32,000 nt of DNA from Nitrosospira multiformis ATCC 25196. Lineage in GTDB: Bacteria; Pseudomonadota; Gammaproteobacteria; Burkholderiales; Nitrosomonadaceae. Under the pieces are notes generated by a model. It did not search any database. It had not been told where the DNA came from and was given only the letters and a program-made list of their open reading frames with translations. Position numbers and translations under genes: made by a program. Shown here in pieces: positions 8,448-17,022 of the stretch (the stretch's first letter is position 1; every line of letters begins with the position of its first letter). The DNA lies in assembly GCF_000196355.1 (NCBI RefSeq), contig NC_007614.1, positions 3,060,001-3,092,000 on the forward strand, read 5' to 3'.

Positions 8448-10529
8448 TCAGCCCGCCTTCTGAATACCCACAGTCCGCGCTCCGTAAAGAGGCAGAATGA
8501 TCCGGAAAATCGTACCATTCGAGGCGCTGCTGCTGACTTCCACCTTCCCGCCCAATTCGGAAACGTACTCCCTGCTTTCAAAAACGCCTATTCCCATGCC
8601 TGCCGACTTGGTGGACTCGAAAGGTTTGAACAGCTTTTCACGAATGAATTTCTCGCTCATGCCGTGTCCCGTGTCTTTTATTTCTATTACGGCAAAATCA
8701 TTCTTTCGCATTAGCCGAACCCATACTTGTCCATTGCGTGCAGTGGCCTCAATTGCATTTTGAATGAGATGGCCAACGACGCGCTCCAGGCGTGCAGCGT
8801 TTGCATATACGGAAAGATCGGGATCCAGTATCTCGAGAACAGGTTTGAGTTCGGTAATGGATTTGCTTTTCACCACCTCCTGCAGCAACTCGGCAATAAC
8901 GAGGGGAGCAGGCTTCTCCGGCGAATCGCCACTGCTCAATTTTTCCAGGAGGCGCCTCATCTTTTGCACCGAGAGATATACGGTTTCTATCATGTCCTGC
9001 TGAAATTCGGGATTTTTCCTGTGCTTCTCGGCATTCGAGAGCAAGAGGGACAACTGTGAAACGAGATTCTTCAGATCATGCACGACGAAAGTCGACATCC
9101 GGTTGAAAGACTCGAATTGGCGCGCCACCATCAGGGCATTCGCGGCCTCGTGCTGCGCCAGATAGCTTGCCGCCTGTTTCCCGGCGACCTTGAGCAGATC
9201 GCTTACTTCCCAGTTCAGCTTGACCTTGCTCCGCGGTTGGACCAGCACTACGAAGCCGAACAATTTTCGATGCTGAATCAGCGGCACGACCAGCCATGCC
9301 CTGGAAATTGCGTGCAGCCATTGGGGCAGAGGAATTGCGTACTTTTCGGGACCTGCTGCATATTCTCCCAGATCGATTACCCATTCCTTGTTTTCCAGAA
9401 ATTGACAGAAGGGGCTGCTTGAGGACTCCGCCCCGCCTGCCGGCGATATATTCAAATGCGCGACGGGTTCAAAGCTCCCCGATTCCTTCCGGATCCACAA
9501 GCTTCCTCCCGGGCTTTCCACCAGTTGCGCCAAAGCCTGGATTACGCGCTCCTCCAGCCCATGCTCGCCTTCAGCGAGAGTGCGGGTAAAATGCAGCCAT
9601 TCTTCCCGATAGTCATAGTTGTAACTGAAAAAATGCTTACTGATGAAGACCCTGAGCCAGGAGCGCAGGGTTCCGGAGAATAGCACCGCCAGAAGAAGAA
9701 CGATTGCGCCAAACAGGAAACTGACCTGCATGACGGTACCCCAGCTTCCTCCGAAAAATCGAAGGTAGTAACCGGTGGCCGCCATTGCCAGCAAATAGGC
9801 GGCGGCACCAAACAGGGCAGCCGAATAAAAAAGAATTCGGCGCGACACTGCGATCCCCAGCGACCAGTCGGGATTGCGCGCAGCAGAAACCGCGATAAGC
9901 GGAACGACCAGAGCATTGATTATTCCACGTGCTGCCCATATCTCGGGATTGATCTGCTTGAGAAGCAAAGCATCGCTGTAGAGATAAAAATCGTAAGCAA
10001 AGATACCGCCGATGCCGAGACACGCAAACTTTATGCCCCATCGTTGTCGTAGAGGGGTGTTACGATAAACCTGCTCTACGAGGATCATACCCAGTATAGC
10101 CATGGCGAGACTTCCGACTATATTGCTCGTGAAGTCACCCGTTGCGTGGAACGCAGGGTCATCCTTCCCATGCGAATACGCCGTTATAAAAAGACAACCG
10201 GTGTATAGCAATGCAATGGCCGTGAGAACTGGGGAAGTTCTTGCCCCGGAGGAATTTTTTTCCTGCTGGTGGAGTCCCAGCAGCACCACCAGAAAACCTG
10301 TCCATCCAGCATTTCTCAGAATCTCCAGCACATCCGATGAAAGGGAAAGAGGAGCATTCTGGTTTGCCTGATAAGCAAAGAAGGCGGCCCACAGTACCGA
10401 AAGCAGGCACGCGACAAGGAGCATCATGCCATGCAGCCGCCCTCGCCAGCTTGTAAGCAGGAGCGCAGCCAAGACCAGATGCGCCATTCCAGCCATCGCG
10501 TAGCTGGCGGTGGCTACCGTCGTCAGCAT
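8448..10529 (-). CDS. prsK: XrtA/PEP-CTERM system sensor histidine kinase
   Basis: 693 aa: multi-TM N-terminus, GAF-like region, H-box 'FVVHDLKNLVSQLSLLL', N-box 'HLIQNAIEAT', G-boxes 'DTGHGMS' and 'GMGIGVFESREYV'. Immediately upstream of prsR. Confidence 0.93.
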   Translation of the reverse strand: MLTTVATASYAMAGMAHLVLAALLLTSWRGRLHGMMLLVACLLSVLWAAFFAYQANQNAPLSLSSDVLEILRNAGWTGFLVVLLGLHQQEKNSSGARTSPVLTAIALLYTGCLFITAYSHGKDDPAFHATGDFTSNIVGSLAMAILGMILVEQVYRNTPLRQRWGIKFACLGIGGIFAYDFYLYSDALLLKQINPEIWAARGIINALVVPLIAVSAARNPDWSLGIAVSRRILFYSAALFGAAAYLLAMAATGYYLRFFGGSWGTVMQVSFLFGAIVLLLAVLFSGTLRSWLRVFISKHFFSYNYDYREEWLHFTRTLAEGEHGLEERVIQALAQLVESPGGSLWIRKESGSFEPVAHLNISPAGGAESSSSPFCQFLENKEWVIDLGEYAAGPEKYAIPLPQWLHAISRAWLVVPLIQHRKLFGFVVLVQPRSKVKLNWEVSDLLKVAGKQAASYLAQHEAANALMVARQFESFNRMSTFVVHDLKNLVSQLSLLLSNAEKHRKNPEFQQDMIETVYLSVQKMRRLLEKLSSGDSPEKPAPLVIAELLQEVVKSKSITELKPVLEILDPDLSVYANAARLERVVGHLIQNAIEATARNGQVWVRLMRKNDFAVIEIKDTGHGMSEKFIREKLFKPFESTKSAGMGIGVFESREYVSELGGKVEVSSSASNGTIFRIILPLYGARTVGIQKAG

Positions 10530-10551
10530 CTCGGACTAGAGTTCCTCAAAA

Positions 10552-11943
10552 TCATCTTCCACCCTTGCCTAGCAGGACAACCTCGATGGTTTCTATCAGG
10601 ATAATGACATCAAGGAACAAACTGTGGTTCTTCACATAGTAGAGATCGTACTGAAGCTTTTCGATCGCATCTTCCACCGAGGCCCCATATTGATAGCGAA
10701 CTTGCGCCCATCCCGTTATTCCCGGTTTTACGCTGTGCCTGACGTTGTAATAGGGAATTTCCGCAATCAACTGGTTCACGAAATAAGGTCTCTCCGGACG
10801 TGGCCCGACGAAGCTCATATCCCCGTTAAGCACGTTGAATATCTGGGGAAGCTCATCGATCCTCAGTTTACGGATAATTCTACCGACACGTGTCACACGC
10901 GGATCATCTGTCAGCGCCCACTGCGGCTTTCCCCCCTTCTCGGCATCATTCCGCATGCTGCGAAATTTGGCCACCATAAAGGTCTTACCGCCCTTTCCTA
11001 CCCTTTCCTGGCGGTAAAAAATCGGACGGCCGTCCTCCAGAAGAATACAAAGCGCAGTGACGGCCATGACGGGTAACGTAATAATCAACAATATGATGCT
11101 CGCAACCACATCGAAAACCCGCTTGATGGCGGTTCGGAGAAGGCTCTGATCGAATCCTCCGCCAAAAATCAGCCAACTCGGGTAAAGGGAATTGACGCGA
11201 ATCTTGCCTTGCTCACGCTCGAAAAAAGCCGCTGAATCGGTAACTTTGACGCCGTTCAGCTTGCATTCCAGTAAATCCTGTATCGGGAAGCATCCTCCTC
11301 TCCGTTCCTGGATCGCGATGATGATCTCCCTCACCTTGAGACGATTCACCAGGGACATCAGGGAATCCACTCTGGGCAATACCGAGGAAGCCGGGACCTG
11401 CAACTCTTCATCGGCCAGGGGAACGAAACCGACAATCTTCAGCCCCCTGTGTCTGGAACCCTCTTTCGCCCGATCGACGAACTCTCTGGCCCTTCCGCCT
11501 ATTCCCAGCACAATGGCCTGGGATTCGAGAAGCCGCAGGCTCGACCATTTAAGAAAAGCCGCGCGCGTCATGAGAATGCCGGAAAAAGCAAGAAGCATTA
11601 CGAGTCCCAATATGCCTCGCCCGAGATAGAGATCGGGCACCAGATAGAATATCAGGGTCATAATCCCGAATCCGGCCAGTAAGGATGGCATCAGGCGGAA
11701 CAAGGTATCCTTCATATCCAGCCGCGAATCGAGCTGATACAGTCCCATCGCAGCCATGCACAGGATCATGACAAAAGCAAAGGTGCCAGCTTCCGGTAGC
11801 AGCGAAGAGAGAGAAAATGGCTCAACGTAGTTAAAAAAACGAAGACCTGTTCCAAGATACACTACGAACATCAGTACGAATACTTCCGCGCCGATGAGCA
11901 GGACTACCGTTCTTGATATGTAATGATTAGAAATACGAAACAA
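10552..11943 (-). CDS. EpsB-like PEP-CTERM/XrtA-system sugar transferase (undecaprenyl-phosphate priming glycosyltransferase family)
   Basis: 463 aa: N-terminal TM and nucleotide-binding-like region, C-terminal bacterial sugar transferase domain 'KRVFDVVASIILLIITLPVMAVTAL...YRQERVGKGGKTFMVAKFRSM...RKLRIDELPQIFNVLNGDMSFVGPRPERPYFV...VKPGITGWAQVRYQYG'. Confidence 0.9.
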   Translation of the reverse strand: MFRISNHYISRTVVLLIGAEVFVLMFVVYLGTGLRFFNYVEPFSLSSLLPEAGTFAFVMILCMAAMGLYQLDSRLDMKDTLFRLMPSLLAGFGIMTLIFYLVPDLYLGRGILGLVMLLAFSGILMTRAAFLKWSSLRLLESQAIVLGIGGRAREFVDRAKEGSRHRGLKIVGFVPLADEELQVPASSVLPRVDSLMSLVNRLKVREIIIAIQERRGGCFPIQDLLECKLNGVKVTDSAAFFEREQGKIRVNSLYPSWLIFGGGFDQSLLRTAIKRVFDVVASIILLIITLPVMAVTALCILLEDGRPIFYRQERVGKGGKTFMVAKFRSMRNDAEKGGKPQWALTDDPRVTRVGRIIRKLRIDELPQIFNVLNGDMSFVGPRPERPYFVNQLIAEIPYYNVRHSVKPGITGWAQVRYQYGASVEDAIEKLQYDLYYVKNHSLFLDVIILIETIEVVLLGKGGR

Positions 11944-12509
11944 TTTTCACCCCTCACCCTGTGCCGTAACGGGCAAGACAGCTCGCGCTGCCTCTTTCAG
12001 CCATTTCTTTCCTTTTGTCGAACCGAAGATCCGGCAGAAAGACTTCAGGTCCGACCGTGCGAAAAATTATCTGCCGGATTAAACGCACTGCTTAAAGTAC
12101 TGCCGGGCCGCCCATTCGATTCCCCGATGCCAGTAGCGGAGCACGCGCCGTTCCTGCAGTCATAAGTATCTAACTTCCTAGATTATGAGACATTCTTCGA
12201 ATGAGTATTCGTTTTCCGAACTGGATCGCCACATCATATCAATTTCTACAGCAGGGACAATTGGACTTTGGTACATCGAGAACTGTCCGGGCGCTGCGCA
12301 GTCTCCCGTATCAACACTGCGAAAACATGGAAAGGAGAAGTGGAGCAGAAATCCGCAGGAACCAGAGGCGAAAAGGATATTGGGATTGAAGTATTGGATG
12401 GATTATTGGCTATTGAGCAAAATCTTTTTTGAATACGCTAGCGCGTTTTCCAAGGTTTCATGCTGAAAAAGGCGCCGCGGTGTCAGGAAACCTGGCGGAT
12501 GCGAAACAC

Positions 12510-13175
12510 TCAATGGCTCATTTTCGAGGAGTCCCCGGGGTAGATGGATCCTTTGACAATCAAAGCCAACTTGAGTCGGTCGGCAATATCCAGCTTGCGA
12601 AAGACTTCCGTCAGGTGAGCTTTTACCGTGCGCTCCGTAATATCCAGCCGGCGGACAATCTGCTTGTTCGATTCACCGTTTCCCACAAGCGTTGCAATTT
12701 CATATTCACGTTGAGTCAAATTGGCAAGCAGTTCTCCAACCGCCTGTTTGATTTTGGTCTTTTCCTGGGTGATCGTAACAAGCTCATTCAGCAGATGCCA
12801 GCTGAGCGTCCTTCGAATCCAGAGCTCACCGCGCTGCACTGCTGTCACCACACTATGTAGCTGCTCTCCATCGATATCGCGCCGGCAAACTCCCTTGACA
12901 CCGGTTCTGAACAACGCCCACTCAGCCTCGTCCGGAAGGGGGTGACTCAAGACTATCACTTTAGCCTCCGGGTGCAATTTTATAAGCGCCGAAATTCCAC
13001 TTGGACCATTCAATTGCGGTAAGTCATAATCCAGCAGAAGAACTGAGGGCTTTAAACGAGCCAGTTCAATCTTGAGGGATTCAAGATTGGTCGAGCAGAA
13101 TATCGGAGACAGGGTGCGCACCCCGTGCTCCCAATGATACAGATCGTCCTGAGAAGCGCTAGCCAGCAGGATCAA
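12510..13175 (-). CDS. NarL/LuxR-family response regulator with atypical receiver
   Basis: 221 aa: receiver-like domain (VLLLDYDLPQ...VIVLSHP...GVKGVCRRD) and a LuxR HTH 'LTQREYEIATLVGNGESNKQIVRRLDITERTVKAHLTEVFRKLDIADRLKLAL'. Confidence 0.87.
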   Translation of the reverse strand: MILLASASQDDLYHWEHGVRTLSPIFCSTNLESLKIELARLKPSVLLLDYDLPQLNGPSGISALIKLHPEAKVIVLSHPLPDEAEWALFRTGVKGVCRRDIDGEQLHSVVTAVQRGELWIRRTLSWHLLNELVTITQEKTKIKQAVGELLANLTQREYEIATLVGNGESNKQIVRRLDITERTVKAHLTEVFRKLDIADRLKLALIVKGSIYPGDSSKMSH

Positions 13176-13202
13176 GAAGTTCTCCCGGAAAAAAACGAGT
13201 CA

Positions 13203-13688
13203 TCAGTGCAGCACTCTGTCCATTATCTTGCCCAGCATCTGCCGTGTCACCCAGATCTCCCCGCGGTCCACGACACGAACAGCCTTCAAAAAATAAAGAG
13301 GATCAGTCTCATGGCTCAGGCACCCGCGCGCTCCATTTGCCAAGGCCTGTATGATCTGCTCCTCCTGAACTGATTTATCAGTCAGCAGTAACACGAGCGT
13401 TTCGGGGCATGTCCGCTGTAAAGCTTCCAGCAGCGCACATTCCCTTTCAATGGATAAATCGAGATTGACAAAAAGAATACGCGGCTTGAGTTGAGTAATC
13501 CTGGCAATTACATCTTCAGTTGATACAAGGTTTTTATGAGGCTCAAGCTCATGGGCCGCCGGAATCCCGTCCAGGTCGGACATTACATCTGTCAACACCT
13601 CGATACCCGACCCTTCCTGCAAAGACTGTTCCAATTTCGCACGCCTGCCGGCGTCAGTGTCCGCTATTGCCACGGTAACGGTTTGCAT
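13203..13688 (-). CDS. Receiver-only response regulator-like protein, phosphoacceptor Asp apparently replaced
   Basis: 161 aa, collinear with the receiver of the downstream gene (VAIADTDAGRR...PRILFVNLDLS...LVLLLTDK...GARGCLSHETD...VVDRGEIWVTRQMLGKIMDR); ends before any HTH. Confidence 0.65.
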   Translation of the reverse strand: MQTVTVAIADTDAGRRAKLEQSLQEGSGIEVLTDVMSDLDGIPAAHELEPHKNLVSTEDVIARITQLKPRILFVNLDLSIERECALLEALQRTCPETLVLLLTDKSVQEEQIIQALANGARGCLSHETDPLYFLKAVRVVDRGEIWVTRQMLGKIMDRVLH

Positions 13689-13765
13689 TATTTCTCCTTC
13701 CAGTTACTCTCAATATCCAAAAATCACTCGAGATTGCGGGTATGAGCAGGTTTTCAATTACATCT

Positions 13766-14566
13766 TTACTTCGGTTCGATGCGACGCAGCAGTTCCTGGA
13801 TATAGGTCGCAGGGATAGCATAGGTTATGCCGCTCGGATTGCTGAGCGCCGCCTCCTTCTTCCCCTTTACGAATACCATGTTGATTACACCATAGACTAC
13901 CCCGGATTCGGGATCATAAAGCGGACTCCCGCTATTGCCCGGATACGCGGTGCCGTCGAGCTGAAAAACCGCATAAATGGGTTTTTGTAACTGGTTGATC
14001 ATCTTCGCGTCGAGTTGCCGCGAATTATGCGCGGGCAAAATAATCGGCGTGATGGATGAAACCATGGCCCGATGGGTAACCGGATAAAACCCAAGGACCA
14101 TCCCGATCGGAAAACCGGTGAAAGCCAGATTCTGCCCTTCGCGCACCTTGCGCGCATCCCCCAGTTCCATGGCTGGCAGAGCCTCGCCGGAAATTCTGAG
14201 TACCGCCAGATCGTGCTCCTTGTCGATTGCAGCAATGTCGGCAGACCTGAGTTCGCCCTGTTTTCCTTTGCCGGTAATGACGGTATAGGACTCATGATTG
14301 GCAACGTCCAGCACCTCGGGAACAACATGAGCATTCGTAACCACATGGAGGCCATCATTCAATACAAAACCGGTTCCGAGGAAATTCAGAGCGGGCGAAC
14401 GTGTTTTCTGGAAAGTACCCACCCCTACGATCGAGGGCTTGACACGTTCAATAGTTTTGACAAGGTCGTTACCCCAGAGCGGGGTAGCGAACATGAGCAC
14501 CAAAACGCTGAGATATTGAACAGAGCCGATGTGGAGAACCAGCAAGGCTTTGCGGATGCGTATCAT
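13766..14566 (-). CDS. Trypsin-like serine protease (S1C/HtrA-like catalytic domain, no PDZ), probably periplasmic
   Basis: 266 aa with N-terminal signal/TM-like segment. Catalytic triad contexts 'VVTNAHVV', 'HDLAVLRI' and 'GTAYPGNSGSPLYD'. Ends soon after the protease domain. Confidence 0.85.
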   Translation of the reverse strand: MIRIRKALLVLHIGSVQYLSVLVLMFATPLWGNDLVKTIERVKPSIVGVGTFQKTRSPALNFLGTGFVLNDGLHVVTNAHVVPEVLDVANHESYTVITGKGKQGELRSADIAAIDKEHDLAVLRISGEALPAMELGDARKVREGQNLAFTGFPIGMVLGFYPVTHRAMVSSITPIILPAHNSRQLDAKMINQLQKPIYAVFQLDGTAYPGNSGSPLYDPESGVVYGVINMVFVKGKKEAALSNPSGITYAIPATYIQELLRRIEPK

Positions 14567-14651
14567 CCCTCGAATTCATTTACAACTTCAACCGATCCTC
14601 TGAGACCTCCTCCAATTTCTTCCTGGATTATTCGCGCAGCAGCCCGCAGGC

Positions 14652-14909
14652 TCACCTGCATCCTTCCATCTTGTAGATGAAGTAACCGTCCTTGTTGATG
14701 GCTTCCTCGACATTGGCGGGAGCCTTTTCACTGTGGCAGAACCTGCACTCCCTGTTGCTAACCGTTGCATCGCCTTCGCCAACAGAAGTCAGCCACTGCT
14801 TCGCATACTCGATCGCTTTCTTGTCGTCTCTCGTGTTTGTGAACACGTCAAAGTGCATGGTGCGGCCATCCTTGGCTTTCACCCAAGTATCATATACATG
14901 CATTTCCAT
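14652..14909 (-). CDS. DUF2024 family protein
   Basis: 85 aa 'MEMHVYDTWVKAKDGRTMHFDVFTNTRDDKKAIEYAKQWL...ECRFCHSEKAPANVEEAINKDGYFIYKMEGCR', recognised from memory as DUF2024. The start may be the Met at 14903. Confidence 0.8.
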   Translation of the reverse strand: MEMHVYDTWVKAKDGRTMHFDVFTNTRDDKKAIEYAKQWLTSVGEGDATVSNRECRFCHSEKAPANVEEAINKDGYFIYKMEGCR

Positions 14910-15150
14910 AAGCTTTCCTCTTCGATGGGTTTCAAGTCTTACCGGAGTTGGTAATTCAATAACAGCACATAGACTATCACGGCAAAAGAAAAAGTGAAAT
15001 GTAGCGCATGCCGAGCCATTGTTTTTCTATGTCACTTCATTATATTGCCCCTGGCTGCCGCCGCTTCCGGTTTGGAACAATGCGTGGTTGGCATGCTAAA
15101 AACTTTGCTGAACACTTTTCAGGCGCCGACCTAGCCCGAAATCATCAGGT

Positions 15151-15168
15151 TTGTCATAAAACTGTTAC
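15151..15168 (+). promoter_or_regulatory. Candidate Pho box (PhoB-binding site)
   Basis: TTGTCAT-AAAA-CTGTTAC: two 7-mers close to CTGTCAT/CTGTCAC separated by a 4-nt A-rich spacer (11-bp periodicity), 79 bp upstream of the OprP-like start codon. Confidence 0.65.
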
Positions 15169-15247
15169 AAAACCGCAATGAAGCAGACATCTGTCGGAAT
15201 TATTCTCCCCTCGGTTTTTATCAAACATCCAAAAAGAGAATACACCG

Positions 15248-16927
15248 ATGAAATTACGCAAGCTTACACTGGCACTCGCCACCGTCCTGGGTTCAAGCTT
15301 ATCGTCCGCAGCTTTCGCCCTTGATCTTTATGTCGATACCAAAACCGAGCAAATTTATGCGAAACCGGGGCCCGGCCGTGTGCACATCGGTTCTTTCGTC
15401 AGGGAAGAGGATGCTGGGACAAAAACCGCCGGTAAAACCAGTAAAACCGCTGATGCGTCGGTGGAAAGCCCCGATAGCCGGATAGCGGAGAGGGCAACCG
15501 AAAAAACAGATCCGGCAGAACTGATGGCAGCCCGCAGGGACATCGAAATGAAGGCGAAGATGCGTGAAGCGCGGCTCGCCAGCGATTTGGCATCACTGGA
15601 AGAGCGGGTCAAGCAAACTGAAAAAACCAGGATGAAGTATGGACCCGGATTGCATTTTGAAAGTGCTGATGGCAACTTTACTGCCGAGGTCGATGGACGC
15701 CTGCAAGCCGACTCGCAATATAATATTACCAATGACGTCTTGCCGCCCGCACCCAATGATCGCCCTTATGAACTGAACAGTGGCGCCAATATCCGGCGCG
15801 CCCGTCTTGGCGTGGAAGGCACGATGTTCAAAAAATGGGACTACAAGTTCGAGTTCGACTTCAGCCGCGGAAACGGATCGGTGACATCGGGAATCACGGA
15901 CGCATTCATCCGTTATAACTTCGATAGTCCGCTATCAGTAAAGGTAGGGTCGTTCAAGGAGCCATTCAGCCTGGAGGAAGCGACCAGTAACCGCTTCCTG
16001 ACGTTTATCGAACGGAATATGGCCGTGAACACATTTCTCGATAATCCCAACGTCTACAAGACCGGGATAGGCGTCAACTATGCCGTGCCGCGCTGGCAAA
16101 CCGGAATCTCCTTCCAGACCGAGCCGGTGGGAAGCTGGTCCAGCGCCTCGACGTCAGTCAATCCCAATGGCAACAACAGCCGCAATAATGGCTCGGGGGA
16201 CACCAGCTGGGAAGGAGTCGGCCGTATTTCCGGCAGACCCTGGATGGAGAGCGAGACCAAGTTCTGGCATGTAGGAGCCTCAGCAGCGTATACTCGGGTC
16301 AACACCCAATACGAAGGAGATGGCGACTTCGCCAATGGCGGAATGAGTTTCGCATCTTTTCCCGGCGCCAATGTGGACCGAACCAATGTGCTGAACACGG
16401 GCAACCTGAGTTTCGGCAACAAGAACGACCTGAACTCGCGGCGGGTGGAAAGCTATACTCGCTGGGGTGCGGAAACTGCCCTGGTCTATGGTCCGTTCTC
16501 TGCGCAGGGAGAGTATCTGCAAACCCATGTAAACGGCCATGGCTACAGCGGGGAATCGCTGTTCGGCTTCTACGGTTACTTAAGCTATTTCCTGACTGGC
16601 GAATCCCGTGTTTACCACGTCAAGAATGGGGCATGGAACAGAATAAAGCCTTTCCAGAATTTTCAGCTCACCGGTCCGGGCTGGGGAGCCTGGGAAATTG
16701 CCGCTGGATACGATTACATGAACATGAATGACGGAGCCATCAGGGGTGGAAAGGCGAACCTCATCAAGTTTGGGCTGAACTGGTACCCTCATTCCAATAT
16801 TCGTGTCATGACCAATTATATCCATGTTCTCGATATAAATACTGCGGGCGTGGCGGACCGCCGCAGTGCCGGATTTAACAATGCCAATCTCGATATGTGG
16901 CTGACACGCTTTCAGGTGGATTTTTAA
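15248..16927 (+). CDS. OprO/OprP family phosphate-selective porin
   Basis: 559 aa with signal peptide 'MKLRKLTLALATVLGSSLSSAAFA'. Barrel features 'NIRRARLGVEGTMFKKWDYKFEFDF', 'ITDAFIRYN...LSVKVGSFKEPFSLEEATSNRFLTFIER' and 'NLIKFGLNWYPHSNIRVMTNYIHV'. Confidence 0.88.
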   Translation: MKLRKLTLALATVLGSSLSSAAFALDLYVDTKTEQIYAKPGPGRVHIGSFVREEDAGTKTAGKTSKTADASVESPDSRIAERATEKTDPAELMAARRDIEMKAKMREARLASDLASLEERVKQTEKTRMKYGPGLHFESADGNFTAEVDGRLQADSQYNITNDVLPPAPNDRPYELNSGANIRRARLGVEGTMFKKWDYKFEFDFSRGNGSVTSGITDAFIRYNFDSPLSVKVGSFKEPFSLEEATSNRFLTFIERNMAVNTFLDNPNVYKTGIGVNYAVPRWQTGISFQTEPVGSWSSASTSVNPNGNNSRNNGSGDTSWEGVGRISGRPWMESETKFWHVGASAAYTRVNTQYEGDGDFANGGMSFASFPGANVDRTNVLNTGNLSFGNKNDLNSRRVESYTRWGAETALVYGPFSAQGEYLQTHVNGHGYSGESLFGFYGYLSYFLTGESRVYHVKNGAWNRIKPFQNFQLTGPGWGAWEIAAGYDYMNMNDGAIRGGKANLIKFGLNWYPHSNIRVMTNYIHVLDINTAGVADRRSAGFNNANLDMWLTRFQVDF

Positions 16928-16974
16928 GGCTGCCAGAAAATACAGGGACGCAATAGCGCGGGCGCCAGGCAAGG

Positions 16975-17007
16975 GGCATTTCCTTAACTGATCAAGGCGG
17001 AAATGCC
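16975..17007. terminator. Candidate bidirectional hairpin between convergent genes
   Basis: GGCATTTCC (16975-16983) and GGAAATGCC (16999-17007): perfect 9-bp inverted repeat with a 15-nt loop, between the porin stop and the DUF748 stop. Confidence 0.35.
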
Positions 17008-17022
17008 GCTTCTGCCGAGGGC

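Noticed and set aside
7326-8714. 462-aa plus-strand ORF
   Set aside because: It lies antisense over prsR and the end of prsK, both with strong motif support. The translation shows no recognisable motif and is best explained as a GC-driven shadow ORF.
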